Shown here in pieces: positions 40,388-50,801 of a stretch of 64,000 nt of DNA. The translations under genes were made by a program, and so were the position numbers. Origin of the DNA: Methanotrichaceae archaeon (lineage in GTDB: Archaea > Halobacteriota > Methanosarcinia > Methanotrichales > Methanotrichaceae); contig CAVVKN010000023.1 in NCBI GenBank assembly GCA_963748825.1, positions 250,248 to 314,247 of the forward strand, read 5' to 3'. Within the stretch, counting starts at the first letter, position 1. Each line of letters begins with the position of its first letter. The notes under the pieces are model-generated. The model did not search any database, was not told the DNA's origin, and worked only from the letters and a program-made list of their open reading frames with translations.

Positions 40388-43300
40388 TCATTTTATATCT
40401 ATGCCGATTCTCACACAGACACCCTCGATATCCCAGTCTTTAACCAGCTTTCCCTGCAGTTCCAGACCCAGGCCCAACTGGAAATCTGCAGCTCGAACCT
40501 CGCTGGCAATATGCTCCTTCTTTTGCAGGGCTAAGTCGAGGATCGGCTTGCTCTCGATATCAACCATGGCCCGGATCTGATCTTCCACGCGCAGATCCAG
40601 CTCTTTTCTCATGTCCTGAATGCGGCGGATGATCTCTCGGGCATAACCTTCCGCCTCAAGCTCGGGAGTGAGGACAATGTCCACGTAGACGAATCCCTTG
40701 GAAAACTCAGCCGCCGGCAAATTTTGCGGCGGCAATTCCTTGATTTGCACCATCTCGGAGGTTATTTTATACTCCTTTCCTTTGTAGGATAAGGTCGCAT
40801 CACCGCCGTCCAGCTGCCTCTTGACATCCGCCGGATCGGCTGCTGCTATCGCCTCGACGACCATCTTGGCTTCGCCCTTGTAGACCGGCCCGATCTTCTT
40901 ATGAACGGGAGCGATCTCCAGGTCCATTCTTGGCTTTTCTCCGGCTGCGAGCACGGTTATCTTCTTGGAGTTGGTCTGGCCCTTGAGAACATTTTCCAGG
41001 CCGTCCAGGTCCACGACCTCTTTGGCCGGAGCGATGACGATCTCTGAGACCGGCCAGCGCAATTTGCGGCCTCCTTTCTGGCGGGCATTGGAGGCGGCCA
41101 TGGAAACCTCCCTCACCAGTGCCATGCTGCCTTCCAGGCGCTTGTCTATGCGCGCCGGATCAGCTTTGGGCCACTGGCACATGTGCACCGACTGCGGCGC
41201 ACTCTCATCCAGGCCTTTCACCAGATTCTGGTAGATGGACTCGGAGATGAAAGGCGCAAACGGAGCCATGAGCTGAGAGAGTTTAACTAAAACTTCATAG
41301 ATGGTGGCATAGGCGGCGAGCTTGTCCGGATTGTCCTGCTCAATCCAGGTGCGGGGCCGCACCAGCTGGATGTACCAGCGGGAGAGATCTTCCAGTATGA
41401 AGTCGGAGATGGAGCGCACAATGCGGTGCAGCTGGTAGACCTCCATCTCTTTTGTGACATCCTCTATCAGACTGTTTACCCGGGACAGGATCCAGCGATC
41501 CTCGGGACGCAAACAGCTCTCATATTGGGACAGATCTGCCTTGCCGGCATCGAACTTATCCAGGACCATGTAGGGCAGAGCAAAGCGATAAGCATTCCAG
41601 AAGATGTTGAGCATGCGACTGGTGTTCTCCACGCCGTCCCAGGAGAAGTGCAGATCCTCCCAGGGGGCATTGGCTCCCAGCACATAAAAGCGCAGGATGT
41701 CGGCTCCGAACTTCTTGACAACCTCCTCCGGCTGGACGATGTTGCCTATGCTCTTGGACATCTTCCTGCCCTGGTCGTCTAAGGTAAAGCCGTGCATGAG
41801 AACGCTCTTGTAAGGCGCTCTGCCAAAGGAGACCATGGCGGCCCCCAGTTGAGAGTAGAACCATCCGCGCGTCTGGTCATGCCCTTCCGTGATGAAATCG
41901 GCTGGCCACCAGTCAGCGAATTCCTCCTCGTGGCTGGGGAAGCGTAAAGTAGCCCAGGAGGCTACCGCGCTGTCAAACCAGACATCAAAGACATCCGGCG
42001 AGCGTTTCATCTTTCCTCCGCAGGGGCAGTCCAAAAAGACATGGTCCACATCCGGCCGGTGCAGATCAGCCAGCTTCTGACCACTTCTCTCTTCGAGCTC
42101 TGCCGCAGTGCCGATCACTTCCAAATGGCCGCAGGCCGGGCAGGTCCAGATGGGCAGGGGAATTCCCCAGTATCTCTGCCGGGAGATGCACCAGTCGCGG
42201 GCATTGTTTATCCAGTCAGCGAAGCGAGCCGATCCTGCCCACTCCGGATACCAGGTTATGCGCGAGACCTCATCGAGCATCTTGTCCCGCAGATCGGATA
42301 TTCGCAAAAACCACTGGCTAGTGGCGATGAAGATAATGGGCGTCTTGCAGCGCCAGCAATGGCCGTAGCGGTGCGCCAGCCGTCCTTGAGACAACAGCTT
42401 ACCCTGCTCCTCCAGATCGGCGATAACTTCGCTATCAGCTTCCTTGACATACAGGCCCTTATACTTCTCTCCTGCCTCTGCCGTGTAGCGTCCGTCTCCG
42501 CCCACGGGGCAGAAGATCTCCATATGATGTTTCATTCCCAGCTCATAGTCCTCGAGGCCGTGGCCGGGAGCGATGTGCACGCAGCCCGTGTTCTCCGCCG
42601 TCACAAAGTCGGCGGCATAAACATTATGCTGAATATCTTTTTGTCTGGGGACAAGGCTTCCCAGCGGATGGCTATATTTCAGCTCCTGCATCTGCTGGGC
42701 AGATAGGGTGGAAAACAGCTCGTAGTCTTGATAGCGGCCTATCTTGAGCACCGACTCGACCAGGTCCGATGCCATGATGAGGATCTCGGCCTTTCCATCC
42801 TTCCAGGCCCGTACTTTGGAATATTGGAAGGCGGGGTTCACAGCCACGGCCACGTTGGCGGGAATGGTCCAGGGTGTAGTGGTCCAGATGACAATATAGG
42901 TGTTCTCTTCGCCCAGAACGGGGAACTTGACATAGATGGAGTAGTCGGTCTCATCCCAGTACTCCACCTCGGAGTCGGCAATGGCCGTCTGGCAGCGCGG
43001 GCACCAGTTGACTACTCTTAGGCCCCTCTCCAGGAGGTTATTCTCATGCGCCTTTTTTAGAGTCCACCAGGCAGCCTCCAGATACTCGTTCTTAAGAGTC
43101 ATGTAGGGATCTTCCCAGTCCAGCCAGGCCCCCAAGATCTTGAACTGAGCAGTCATGTCGTCTTTCTGCCGCAGTGCGAACTCCTTGCACCTCTGTATGA
43201 ACTTATCTACGCCATAAGCCTCGATATCCTTCTTGTTTCTAAAGCCGAAGGACTCCTCTACTTTGACCTCGATGGGCAGACCGTGCATATCCCAGCCCGC

Positions 43301-43546
43301 CCTGTCCTTGACCTCAAAGCAGTTCATGGACTTGTAGCGAAGCACAGAGTCTTTGATCACCTTGTTCCAGGCGGTGCCGAGGTGAATGCGCCCCGTGGTG
43401 TAGGGCGGTCCATCTACAAAAAAGAACTTCTTGCCGCCCACGCGAAGCTGCCGTACCTTGCGGTAGGTTTCTTCCCTCTCCCACAACAATCTGATCTGGT
43501 TCTCTAGATCCCCTGCATTATACTGTCCCGCCACCTCAGAGATCAC
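40388..43546 (-). CDS. ileS: Isoleucine-tRNA ligase
   Basis: DGPPY, HLGT, WTTTPWT, DWCISRQRYWG, DQTRGWF, KMSKS. Confidence 0.98.
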   Translation of the reverse strand: MISEVAGQYNAGDLENQIRLLWEREETYRKVRQLRVGGKKFFFVDGPPYTTGRIHLGTAWNKVIKDSVLRYKSMNCFEVKDRAGWDMHGLPIEVKVEESFGFRNKKDIEAYGVDKFIQRCKEFALRQKDDMTAQFKILGAWLDWEDPYMTLKNEYLEAAWWTLKKAHENNLLERGLRVVNWCPRCQTAIADSEVEYWDETDYSIYVKFPVLGEENTYIVIWTTTPWTIPANVAVAVNPAFQYSKVRAWKDGKAEILIMASDLVESVLKIGRYQDYELFSTLSAQQMQELKYSHPLGSLVPRQKDIQHNVYAADFVTAENTGCVHIAPGHGLEDYELGMKHHMEIFCPVGGDGRYTAEAGEKYKGLYVKEADSEVIADLEEQGKLLSQGRLAHRYGHCWRCKTPIIFIATSQWFLRISDLRDKMLDEVSRITWYPEWAGSARFADWINNARDWCISRQRYWGIPLPIWTCPACGHLEVIGTAAELEERSGQKLADLHRPDVDHVFLDCPCGGKMKRSPDVFDVWFDSAVASWATLRFPSHEEEFADWWPADFITEGHDQTRGWFYSQLGAAMVSFGRAPYKSVLMHGFTLDDQGRKMSKSIGNIVQPEEVVKKFGADILRFYVLGANAPWEDLHFSWDGVENTSRMLNIFWNAYRFALPYMVLDKFDAGKADLSQYESCLRPEDRWILSRVNSLIEDVTKEMEVYQLHRIVRSISDFILEDLSRWYIQLVRPRTWIEQDNPDKLAAYATIYEVLVKLSQLMAPFAPFISESIYQNLVKGLDESAPQSVHMCQWPKADPARIDKRLEGSMALVREVSMAASNARQKGGRKLRWPVSEIVIAPAKEVVDLDGLENVLKGQTNSKKITVLAAGEKPRMDLEIAPVHKKIGPVYKGEAKMVVEAIAAADPADVKRQLDGGDATLSYKGKEYKITSEMVQIKELPPQNLPAAEFSKGFVYVDIVLTPELEAEGYAREIIRRIQDMRKELDLRVEDQIRAMVDIESKPILDLALQKKEHIASEVRAADFQLGLGLELQGKLVKDWDIEGVCVRIGIDIK

Positions 43547-43695
43547 TACTGTTCCTCCGAAAAACGATTTGCCTTCATGTGCGCATCTATATTTAGCCTT
43601 TGTTGCCCTGCAAAAAGCCGGGAGATACGCCAGGCAGCTCTTTGCAGGAATATTGATATAATGACAGAGCGAACCATTCTTCAGAGGGGTTATTC

Positions 43696-44649
43696 ATCAA
43701 AGAGGAGATCTGGATCGAGAAGTACCGGCCTGAGAAGCTGGACGACATTGTGGGCCAGGACGAGATAATCCGCCGTCTCAAGTCCTATGTAAAGACCAGA
43801 AACCTGCCACACCTTCTGTTCTCCGGTCCGCCGGGTGTGGGCAAGACGGCAGCCTCCATCTCCATCGTCAAAGAGATCTTTGGCGAGACCTGGAGGAACA
43901 ATTTCATCGAGCTGAATGCCAGTGATGAGCGGGGCATAGACATCATCCGCCACAAGGTAAAGGACTTCGCCCGCATGGCGCCTCTTGGTGAAGCCGATTT
44001 TAAAGTTATATTTCTCGATGAGGCCGATGCCCTGACCAACGACGCTCAGAGCGCTCTGCGGCGCACTATGGAGCGCTACTCGGCCACAACCCGGTTCATA
44101 CTCTCCTGCAACTATTCCTCCAAGATCATTGAGCCCATCCAGTCTCGCTGTGCCGTCTACCGCTTTAAGCCTCTCTCTGCAACGGCCGTCACCAAGCGCA
44201 TCAAATTCATCGCCGATGAGGAGAAGCTGATAGTATCCGATGGGGGTCTTTCCGCCATTGAATATGTTGCCGGCGGAGATATGCGAAAGGCCATCAATGC
44301 CTTGCAGGCGGCTGCCCTTTTGGGCGATAAGGTGGACGAGGAGACGATCTACCAGATTACATCCACCGCTAAGCCGGAGGAAATTCGAAATTTTATAAAG
44401 ACAGCTCTTTCCGGAGACTTCGTTGGGGCGCGGGCGGCATTGGACGATCTGCTGCTCTCCAAAGGTCTCTCCGGCCAGGACGTGGTGGTTCAGATTCACC
44501 GGGCCATGCTGGACCTGGATATACCGGACAGGGACAAAGTCAGACTGATCGACCGCATCGGAGAGATCGATTTTCGCATGACGGAAGGCGCTAATGAGAG
44601 AATTCAGCTGGAAGCCCTGCTGGCATACTTTGCCCTGAGCGCTTCCTGA
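43696..44649 (+). CDS. rfcS: Replication factor C small subunit (no canonical start upstream of the conserved N-terminus)
   Basis: [40 protein letters not shown]. Confidence 0.95.
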   Translation: MKEEIWIEKYRPEKLDDIVGQDEIIRRLKSYVKTRNLPHLLFSGPPGVGKTAASISIVKEIFGETWRNNFIELNASDERGIDIIRHKVKDFARMAPLGEADFKVIFLDEADALTNDAQSALRRTMERYSATTRFILSCNYSSKIIEPIQSRCAVYRFKPLSATAVTKRIKFIADEEKLIVSDGGLSAIEYVAGGDMRKAINALQAAALLGDKVDEETIYQITSTAKPEEIRNFIKTALSGDFVGARAALDDLLLSKGLSGQDVVVQIHRAMLDLDIPDRDKVRLIDRIGEIDFRMTEGANERIQLEALLAYFALSAS

Positions 44650-44651
44650 AA

Positions 44652-45323
44652 TCACCTCACTAAGACGGCTCGCAGTGGAGAGGCTTCTGCATCCTTTAGG
44701 CTCAAAGGAAGGCAGATGAGAGAATATCTGCCGCTTGGGACATCGGCAAGATCGATGCCTTCCAGGATGAGAACATCATTTTCCAGAAGAGTGCGATGCA
44801 CGGGCAAAGAGTCGTCCCCATATTTATCTACGGAGAGGTAGTCGATTCCCACCAGGCCGACCTCTCCGGCAACACAAAGATGGGCAACATCCAAAGAAAG
44901 GTAGACAAACTCTTCCGAGAAGACGGCTTGATGCAGGAGTTGCTTTTTGGAATTGCCGGTCTTGAAGAGCAGGGCCTGACCCCGATCAATCTTGCAGCCC
45001 TGCAAGCTGGACGGCAGGACCGGCCCATCTCCTGGGACGGAGATAACTTCTGCCGGGATGATGAATCGCTTCAGGGAATAACTGTCCTGGGCCTTTCCGC
45101 CCCTCAGTAGATGGGAAGGAAAATCCAGATGCGTGCCGGCATGAGAGCTTAGGGCCAAGGCAGATAAACAATAGTCATCCCCCTCATCCAACCTTGCCAT
45201 CCACTCCCGAAAGTACGGCCTGTCGCCAGGGTAGGCGGGCACCATGTTTAGGGGCGCACTTATATCGTACACTTCCCGAAAATCCAGGGGATTGTTAAGG
45301 ATGATTTCAGATGCAAGAGGCAT
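44652..45323 (-). CDS. Cyclase family (kynurenine formamidase-like) protein
   Basis: YPGD, HAGTHLD-x-P-x-H, GID-x-x-S, H-x-x-LL...ILE, ASP-x-RAV. Confidence 0.9.
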   Translation of the reverse strand: MPLASEIILNNPLDFREVYDISAPLNMVPAYPGDRPYFREWMARLDEGDDYCLSALALSSHAGTHLDFPSHLLRGGKAQDSYSLKRFIIPAEVISVPGDGPVLPSSLQGCKIDRGQALLFKTGNSKKQLLHQAVFSEEFVYLSLDVAHLCVAGEVGLVGIDYLSVDKYGDDSLPVHRTLLENDVLILEGIDLADVPSGRYSLICLPLSLKDAEASPLRAVLVR

Positions 45324-45403
45324 AAGATAAGACCTTTTTCAGGGGTGATCCTTCTGAGCATACTACTATTTAAATGGGGCTCTTCGCTATTTCCTGTGGC
45401 GAA

Positions 45404-45508
45404 CCTCTGTGAGCTTTGTGCCTCTGTGGTTGATGTTAATAGTCTTTAAGGATGGGTAAATGCAAATTGCTACAGACTACCACAGAGCGCACTTAGAACT
45501 CACAAAGG
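45404..45508. repeat. Imperfect ~27-bp inverted repeat pair
   Basis: cctctgtgagctttgtgcctctgtggt versus accacagagcgcacttagaactcacaaagg, about 48 bp apart. Confidence 0.65.
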
Positions 45509-45561
45509 ACTAAAGACATGAGTCCGCAAAGCCTTATAACCTCTAAGCAAGACTTTTGTCC

Positions 45562-46164
45562 ATGAAGAACCTGGGCACCTCTGACCGGCTCATCAGGGTG
45601 ATAATAGCTGAAGCATGCATTCTCGCGGCATTCTTCTGGGCGGCAGAGAATCTGCAAATTTTGCTTGTTCTGGCAGCTGCGGTAATGATGATCCCGGTGA
45701 TCAAGGGAAATTGCGGCCTGTACGAGATGCTGGGCTGGAGTAGCTGCGAGATTGTAAAGCGCAAGGACAAGAACATCAAAACGACCTTTGTGGTGGTAGC
45801 CCTGCTTCTGGCCGTTGTGGGAAGCTTTGCCAGCGCCGTTCTGACCAAGAATATATTTCTGGACGATCTGGGAAGTGTAGATGAGGCTTACTCTCTAGCT
45901 CTTCAGTCCACCGGCCAGGGAGAAACGGGTAATGCGACTTTGCAGTACGAAAAGCTGGAGAGCGCTTTTGCATCCTTCCAGGACAAATATTCCAAATACA
46001 GGCCGCTGACGGTTAAATTCGATGGCAATTTTACATCTCAAATGAATAATATTTCGGAGGCAATTGCCGGATCAAAGGAAGACATGCTTCAGGGCAATCT
46101 CACCTCTGCTCACGAGGAGCTGCAGAAGGTCGGACCGATCATTGAGAAGATGCAGGACAGATAG
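45562..46164 (+). CDS. DUF2892 (YgaP-like) membrane protein with helical C-terminal extension
   Basis: MKNLG-x-x-DR-x-IR...C-x-LY-x-x-LG-x-x-SC. Confidence 0.85.
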   Translation: MKNLGTSDRLIRVIIAEACILAAFFWAAENLQILLVLAAAVMMIPVIKGNCGLYEMLGWSSCEIVKRKDKNIKTTFVVVALLLAVVGSFASAVLTKNIFLDDLGSVDEAYSLALQSTGQGETGNATLQYEKLESAFASFQDKYSKYRPLTVKFDGNFTSQMNNISEAIAGSKEDMLQGNLTSAHEELQKVGPIIEKMQDR

Positions 46165-46250
46165 GCATTATTGATGAAAATGTCAAAGATGAGATGGGTC
46201 GAATTGTCGACTCGACCTGATCTCCCTAATGAAAGCCTTTTTCTGATCTT

Positions 46251-46535
46251 CTATTTTCTATCCAGGACCTTGATAAGGTGATAGCCGAACTGGGTCTTCA
46301 CCGGCCCCAGAATCTTGCCCTTCTCGCCCTCGAAGGCGGCCTTCTCAAACTCCAGGGCCATTTTGCCCTTGCCAAACCAGCCCAGGTCGCCGCTGTTTTT
46401 GCCGGAAGGGCACATCGAGTATTTGCGAGCCATCTCGGCAAAGTTTTCCTGCCCCGTGGCCAGCTTTTCTGCAACCTCTTTTGCTTTCTTTTCCGTCTTG
46501 CACAGGATGTGAGCGGCGTGTACTTCTTTTACCAT
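46251..46535 (-). CDS. ppiC: Parvulin-type peptidyl-prolyl isomerase
   Basis: AHIL, F-x-x-x-A-x-KYS-x-CPS, GDLG, PVKTQFGYH. Confidence 0.93.
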   Translation of the reverse strand: MVKEVHAAHILCKTEKKAKEVAEKLATGQENFAEMARKYSMCPSGKNSGDLGWFGKGKMALEFEKAAFEGEKGKILGPVKTQFGYHLIKVLDRK

Positions 46536-46567
46536 GGCAGGGTGTGTGGAAAAGGAGGGATAAAAAG

Positions 46568-46774
46568 CTATTCGATGATCTCCTGCACCCGGCCCACCTG
46601 GCCGTCCTGCAGCCTCACTTTGATGCCGTGCGGATGAGTTGGGGAACTGGTCAGTAGCTCTTTGACGATGCCGCGCGTCCGCTTGCCGGTGCGCTGGTCA
46701 TTCTTGAGGACGACGTCCACGGTCAGGCCGGGGCGGACGTCCTTACGATTTTGTCCACTTTTTGCGGGTGACAT
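46568..46774 (-). CDS. YwbE family (DUF2196) protein
   Basis: VLK-x-DQRTG...LT-x-S-x-x-HPHGIKVRL-x-x-GQVGRV. Confidence 0.93.
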   Translation of the reverse strand: MSPAKSGQNRKDVRPGLTVDVVLKNDQRTGKRTRGIVKELLTSSPTHPHGIKVRLQDGQVGRVQEIIE

Positions 46775-46957
46775 TTAACCTCTAAATCGTTTCGCAATGG
46801 ATTCCAATTATAGTTAACCCCCGACTATCGAAAGCCTTTTACAGATCAATGAACTCTAGAATTACTGATAGGTTCTCGTATCCAAATTACCAGATTTAGA
46901 TGCTTTACCTCGCCGAATAATTTATCGAGAAGGACACAAAGCTTAGGGGAATGGAAT

Positions 46958-48634
46958 ATGAATATAAATGCTGCAATCATCGACCAACGACTCAATTCAG
47001 TATGCGATGAGATTCGTGACCGCGCAAAGGATGAGTTAAAGATCGCTGATGAGGAGAGACTTCGATCTCTGGCCTTCGTCCATCTCTCAGTAAAGACAAT
47101 GCTGGATCTGTCCGATGATGAGGCTTTTGATTGCCTCGTAGAGGGCGGGCAAGACTTCGGGGTGGACGCGATCCACTTCACCGAAGAACGAGATGGTGAG
47201 TTTACCGTTAGCCTTTTTCAGGGAAAATACAGTCGCAAACTCGAAGCGGCATCGAATTATCCAGAAAACGGTATCAAGGCACTTATCAATGCCATTCGCC
47301 ACCTATTTGATCCTTCCTCAAGACTCGAAAACTTAAATCCACGACTCGGCGCAAAGGTGGAGGAAATTCGGTCTATGATTCGGGAAGGAAACATTCCCCA
47401 AGTTCGGGCATTAGCCTGTAATAACGGTCTGTCGTGGAACGAGGGCGCAGAACAGACAATATCACAGGAGGGATTTGGAAATCAAGTCACTTGGGAGCAT
47501 GTTAACCACGATCGACTCGTGATGATCTTCCAAAGGGCAAAGCCGGTCAACGATGCCTTGCAGCTTACTGGGGCTGCTATCATCGAGGATCTCCATTTCA
47601 GCCGCGTGCTTGTGGCAAGGATAGCCGCAACTGAAGTGGCTGCATTGATACAACGGCATGGTGAACGCCTACTCGAGCGAAATATTCGCCGTTATCTTGG
47701 ACTACAAGGTAATCGGGTCAATGAGGCGATGAGAGATACATTGAGAGGAGAAGAGAATAGCAACTTCTATTTTTATAATAACGGAATTACCTTGACCTGT
47801 GATAAATTTACCTACAATGCACTGCAAAACAGGGATTATCAAGTAAGGGTGGAGAACCTCCAGATCATCAACGGCGGTCAGACATGCATAACCATATTTA
47901 AAACATTGCAGGAGATGCCTGAGTCCAAAATCCCGGTGAATGCCTACTTGCTTGTACGTCTCTACCAGCTTCCAAGTGACAACGAAGATCTTGTCAAAAG
48001 AATCACCTTTGCCACCAATAGTCAAAATCCAGTGGATCTCCGCGACCTGCGGGCCAATGACGATAGACAGCGTAGGCTTGAGACCGACATTAACCAGTTA
48101 GGATTCACCTATAGACGAAAACGCACAGATTCATCCCTGAAACAAAAGGATATCACCACAGGCGTGGCGGCAGAAGCTATTCTATCGGTCTGGAGGAAGA
48201 GGCCCCATCAGGCAAAGTTCCTTACTCGAGAGCACTTCGGAAAGCTGTACGACCTAATCTTCTCAAACGACCTCAACGGGGCCCAGGTAATCATTTCAAC
48301 ATTAATCTATCGGCATGCAGAGAATAAAAGAAAAAGACCGCCAGAAGGTGCGCCGCAGTTCATCCGCTATGCATCATGCTTCATATCTATGCAGATGGGT
48401 AAATATCTGCTAAAGGATTTAGGATGTGATATCTCTGGTTTGACGCACCAGAACTATGAAACAGCGAGGCTGCTTGTTGAGCAGAAAGGTGATGAGTATT
48501 TTAGGCAAGCAGTCTCTGATGTAGCGAATGCACTTAAGATGCTATATAGAGAATCAGATATATCCCTTCAGCAACTTTCTGCCACATTTCGGCGTAGTGA
48601 TCTTATTGAAAAATTGGACCACTTGGATGGCTAG
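46958..48634 (+). CDS. AIPR family (abortive infection phage resistance) protein
   Basis: D-x-GVDA, FQGKY, NIR-x-YLG, FYFYNNGIT, QIINGGQT, TNSQN. Confidence 0.93.
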   Translation: MNINAAIIDQRLNSVCDEIRDRAKDELKIADEERLRSLAFVHLSVKTMLDLSDDEAFDCLVEGGQDFGVDAIHFTEERDGEFTVSLFQGKYSRKLEAASNYPENGIKALINAIRHLFDPSSRLENLNPRLGAKVEEIRSMIREGNIPQVRALACNNGLSWNEGAEQTISQEGFGNQVTWEHVNHDRLVMIFQRAKPVNDALQLTGAAIIEDLHFSRVLVARIAATEVAALIQRHGERLLERNIRRYLGLQGNRVNEAMRDTLRGEENSNFYFYNNGITLTCDKFTYNALQNRDYQVRVENLQIINGGQTCITIFKTLQEMPESKIPVNAYLLVRLYQLPSDNEDLVKRITFATNSQNPVDLRDLRANDDRQRRLETDINQLGFTYRRKRTDSSLKQKDITTGVAAEAILSVWRKRPHQAKFLTREHFGKLYDLIFSNDLNGAQVIISTLIYRHAENKRKRPPEGAPQFIRYASCFISMQMGKYLLKDLGCDISGLTHQNYETARLLVEQKGDEYFRQAVSDVANALKMLYRESDISLQQLSATFRRSDLIEKLDHLDG

Positions 48635-48672
48635 AATGGCAGATATCCAATCGACACCGATGCTACCTTGCC

Positions 48673-49446
48673 TTAGAGCCAGGGCATAGCTACCCCAACC
48701 AGATACAGGATCGCGATTATCACCGGCTGATGGACCAGATAGATGGCCAGCGAGTTTCGGCCCAGGAATGCCAGGGCTCTCACAAAAGGTGACCGAGAAA
48801 GATCAGGCAGATCCATCTTGCGCCGGTAGTCGGGATAGAGGAGGCTGCCCAGGCCAATCCCCGCCAGAATCACCCCGAACCAGGGAAACACAGGAAAGTA
48901 GTCCACCGAATAGAAATCAGGCGGCGCCAGTCCCAGCCAGAGCAGCCAGGAAAAGCCGACACCGATGTTCTGTAAATATATTCCAAATAATATAAATAGT
49001 AATCCGAAAATTATGCTTGCTCTTTGCAGCCGGAGAAATGGATAAGCCAACAGCAGCGAGAGGCCGATGAGGTGCAGCACTCCGAATACGATGAAGCCTT
49101 TGCCGATGAAGAGATAGGTGACGAGGGTTACACCCAGGGCCAGGCCCAATATCCAGGCGCTCCTCTTTAAAAGCCGCAGGCGAAACCGGTCTTCTTGCCC
49201 CAGCAGCCGGGCCCGGGAGTGGCTCAGGGTGAGGGAGAGGCCGACAAGGAGGAGAAAGAGCGAGGCGGCGGCGCGGGCCACCGCCAGCCAGAAGCCGGAA
49301 GATACTTCGATATCGTAGACGGCAAAATAGTTGAGATCAAAGACAAGATGGTAAAGGACCATCAGGACGATGGCCACGCCTCGCAGCAAGTCCACCTCCC
49401 AGAAACGGACCGTCGGGCTCTCGACCATTTCACCATCATTTTTCAT
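48673..49446 (-). CDS. DUF1624 membrane protein (heparan-alpha-glucosaminide N-acetyltransferase-like)
   Basis: D-x-LRG-x-A-x-x-LM-x-x-YH, FGVLH, DY-x-P-x-x-PW, GRNSL-x-IYL-x-HQP. Confidence 0.9.
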   Translation of the reverse strand: MKNDGEMVESPTVRFWEVDLLRGVAIVLMVLYHLVFDLNYFAVYDIEVSSGFWLAVARAAASLFLLLVGLSLTLSHSRARLLGQEDRFRLRLLKRSAWILGLALGVTLVTYLFIGKGFIVFGVLHLIGLSLLLAYPFLRLQRASIIFGLLFILFGIYLQNIGVGFSWLLWLGLAPPDFYSVDYFPVFPWFGVILAGIGLGSLLYPDYRRKMDLPDLSRSPFVRALAFLGRNSLAIYLVHQPVIIAILYLVGVAMPWL

Positions 49447-49601
49447 TCTCTTGTCCATTCGTCTCTCAAGGCTGCGCTCTCTTTTTTGGCATCCGCCAAC
49501 AGGTCTTTGCACATTCCTCTGTACTTTAATTGATCCCAATTAGTGATGGCAATATTAATATGCAATGAACCCACTAATGGGATTAGGGGAAATAGTGTTC
49601 C

Positions 49602-49862
49602 ATGCCGTTTACTAAAGTTGATGAAAAAGGCAGAATGGTTCTGCCCAATGAGATAAGGCGCAGGATGAGCATTACTGCGGGGGACGAATTTGTAATAGAT
49701 GAAGTGGGCCCGGACACGATTCTTCTCAGAAAAGTGGATGTAAAGGCCATGATCCAGGACGCAATTGAGCGCGCCAAGTCCGTGGACCTCGATAAGCTGC
49801 AGAAGGATATGGAAGAAGAGGGAAACAGAGTTGCCAGAAAGATGTACAAGGTTCTTGATTGA
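49602..49862 (+). CDS. AbrB/MazE-type antitoxin (cassette D')
   Basis: KVDEKGRMVLP-x-EIR-x-x-x-x-I-x-x-GD. Confidence 0.92.
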   Translation: MPFTKVDEKGRMVLPNEIRRRMSITAGDEFVIDEVGPDTILLRKVDVKAMIQDAIERAKSVDLDKLQKDMEEEGNRVARKMYKVLD

Positions 49863-50244
49863 CTCTAATCTTTTTATTGCAGCCGTTAAAAACGGTTGGA
49901 CAAAAAGTTCGGAGCTTCTTTCTGCTCTCTTGGGCGGCTCTGCAGAGCTGGTAGCCAACAAGGCTCTTCTTGCAGAGTATGAGAAGTATGCTCAGCAGCT
50001 CGAAGCAGAATATATATTCCTTTATCTGAAGAGCAGAATTATTTTAATTAGTGTATCTGATGAGGAGATACAGAGGTGCAAGCTATTCTTTCCCGAAAGC
50101 CAGTTTTCAGATGCGGTTCATGCAGCGACCTGCCTTCAGAGTGGAGCGCTCTTAATCACAAATGACAAGCATTTCGATAAGATCAAAGGTGATGGGCTTA
50201 TTCGAGTCTGGACAATCTCCGAGGCCATCAGGAATCTGCTTTGA
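49831..50244 (+). CDS. VapC PIN toxin (cassette D'), probable TTG start
   Basis: FLIDSN, EY, DAVHAA, LITNDKHF; overlaps the antitoxin. Confidence 0.9.
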   Translation: MPERCTRFLIDSNLFIAAVKNGWTKSSELLSALLGGSAELVANKALLAEYEKYAQQLEAEYIFLYLKSRIILISVSDEEIQRCKLFFPESQFSDAVHAATCLQSGALLITNDKHFDKIKGDGLIRVWTISEAIRNLL

Positions 50245-50292
50245 GGTTCTATGGTTTGAGCAGCAATCATGGCATTATTTTCCCTATTTTGC

Positions 50293-50489
50293 CGCTTCCT
50301 CCACAATCCCGATCTCCTCTTCCGTTAGCCCGTAAAGCCGGGCCCAGGTCGATCTGCCGGTCCGTAGCCTCGATGCGGCGGGCGAGCTGCGCCCTTGTTG
50401 TGATCGGTGCCGGCAGAGGCGAGTCTGTGTTGATCGAGCTGGACAGCCATCAGCTCCACCATGCAGTCGTGACGGGCGACGTCGGCGGG
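50293..50489 (-). repeat. RM-tail repeat R7 (degenerate, VYELY core lost)
   Basis: Homologous to 56631-56858. Confidence 0.9.
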
Positions 50490-50534
50490 ATGGGCAGATC
50501 TAGCGATATGAGACAAAAGCAACTGCAGAAAACG

Positions 50535-50795
50535 TCATATGTTGTATGCGTAATCGTGATGATCAAAGTTAACGAACCAGACTTCTGCGATAATAATCTT
50601 ATAAATGATAACCCAATTTCCGACATGGGCGCTTCGATAACCAGCAAGGTTTTGCGTAAGTGTTTCTCCAATCTCAGGATTTTGCAGGATTTCTCGAATC
50701 TTTTTAAGAGTTCTTTCTTTCAAAATGGCATTCTTTTTGGTCAGGCGCTTAAAATTTTTGTCGAAAAGAGGTGACGATTGCGGCGAATAATTCAT
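50535..50795 (-). CDS. RelE/ParE-family toxin (cassette C')
   Basis: F-x-KNFKRL...NPEIGE-x-L-x-x-NLAGYRSAHV...IIY...DHHD-x-AY. Confidence 0.88.
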   Translation of the reverse strand: MNYSPQSSPLFDKNFKRLTKKNAILKERTLKKIREILQNPEIGETLTQNLAGYRSAHVGNWVIIYKIIIAEVWFVNFDHHDYAYNI

Positions 50796-50801
50796 GTGAA
50801 T

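Noticed and set aside
43690-44655. 321-aa minus-strand ORF, and similar long antisense ORFs over katG, ileS, pycB, the thermosome and the RM gene
   Set aside because: These are shadow frames of well-supported genes on the opposite strand and carry no recognisable motifs.
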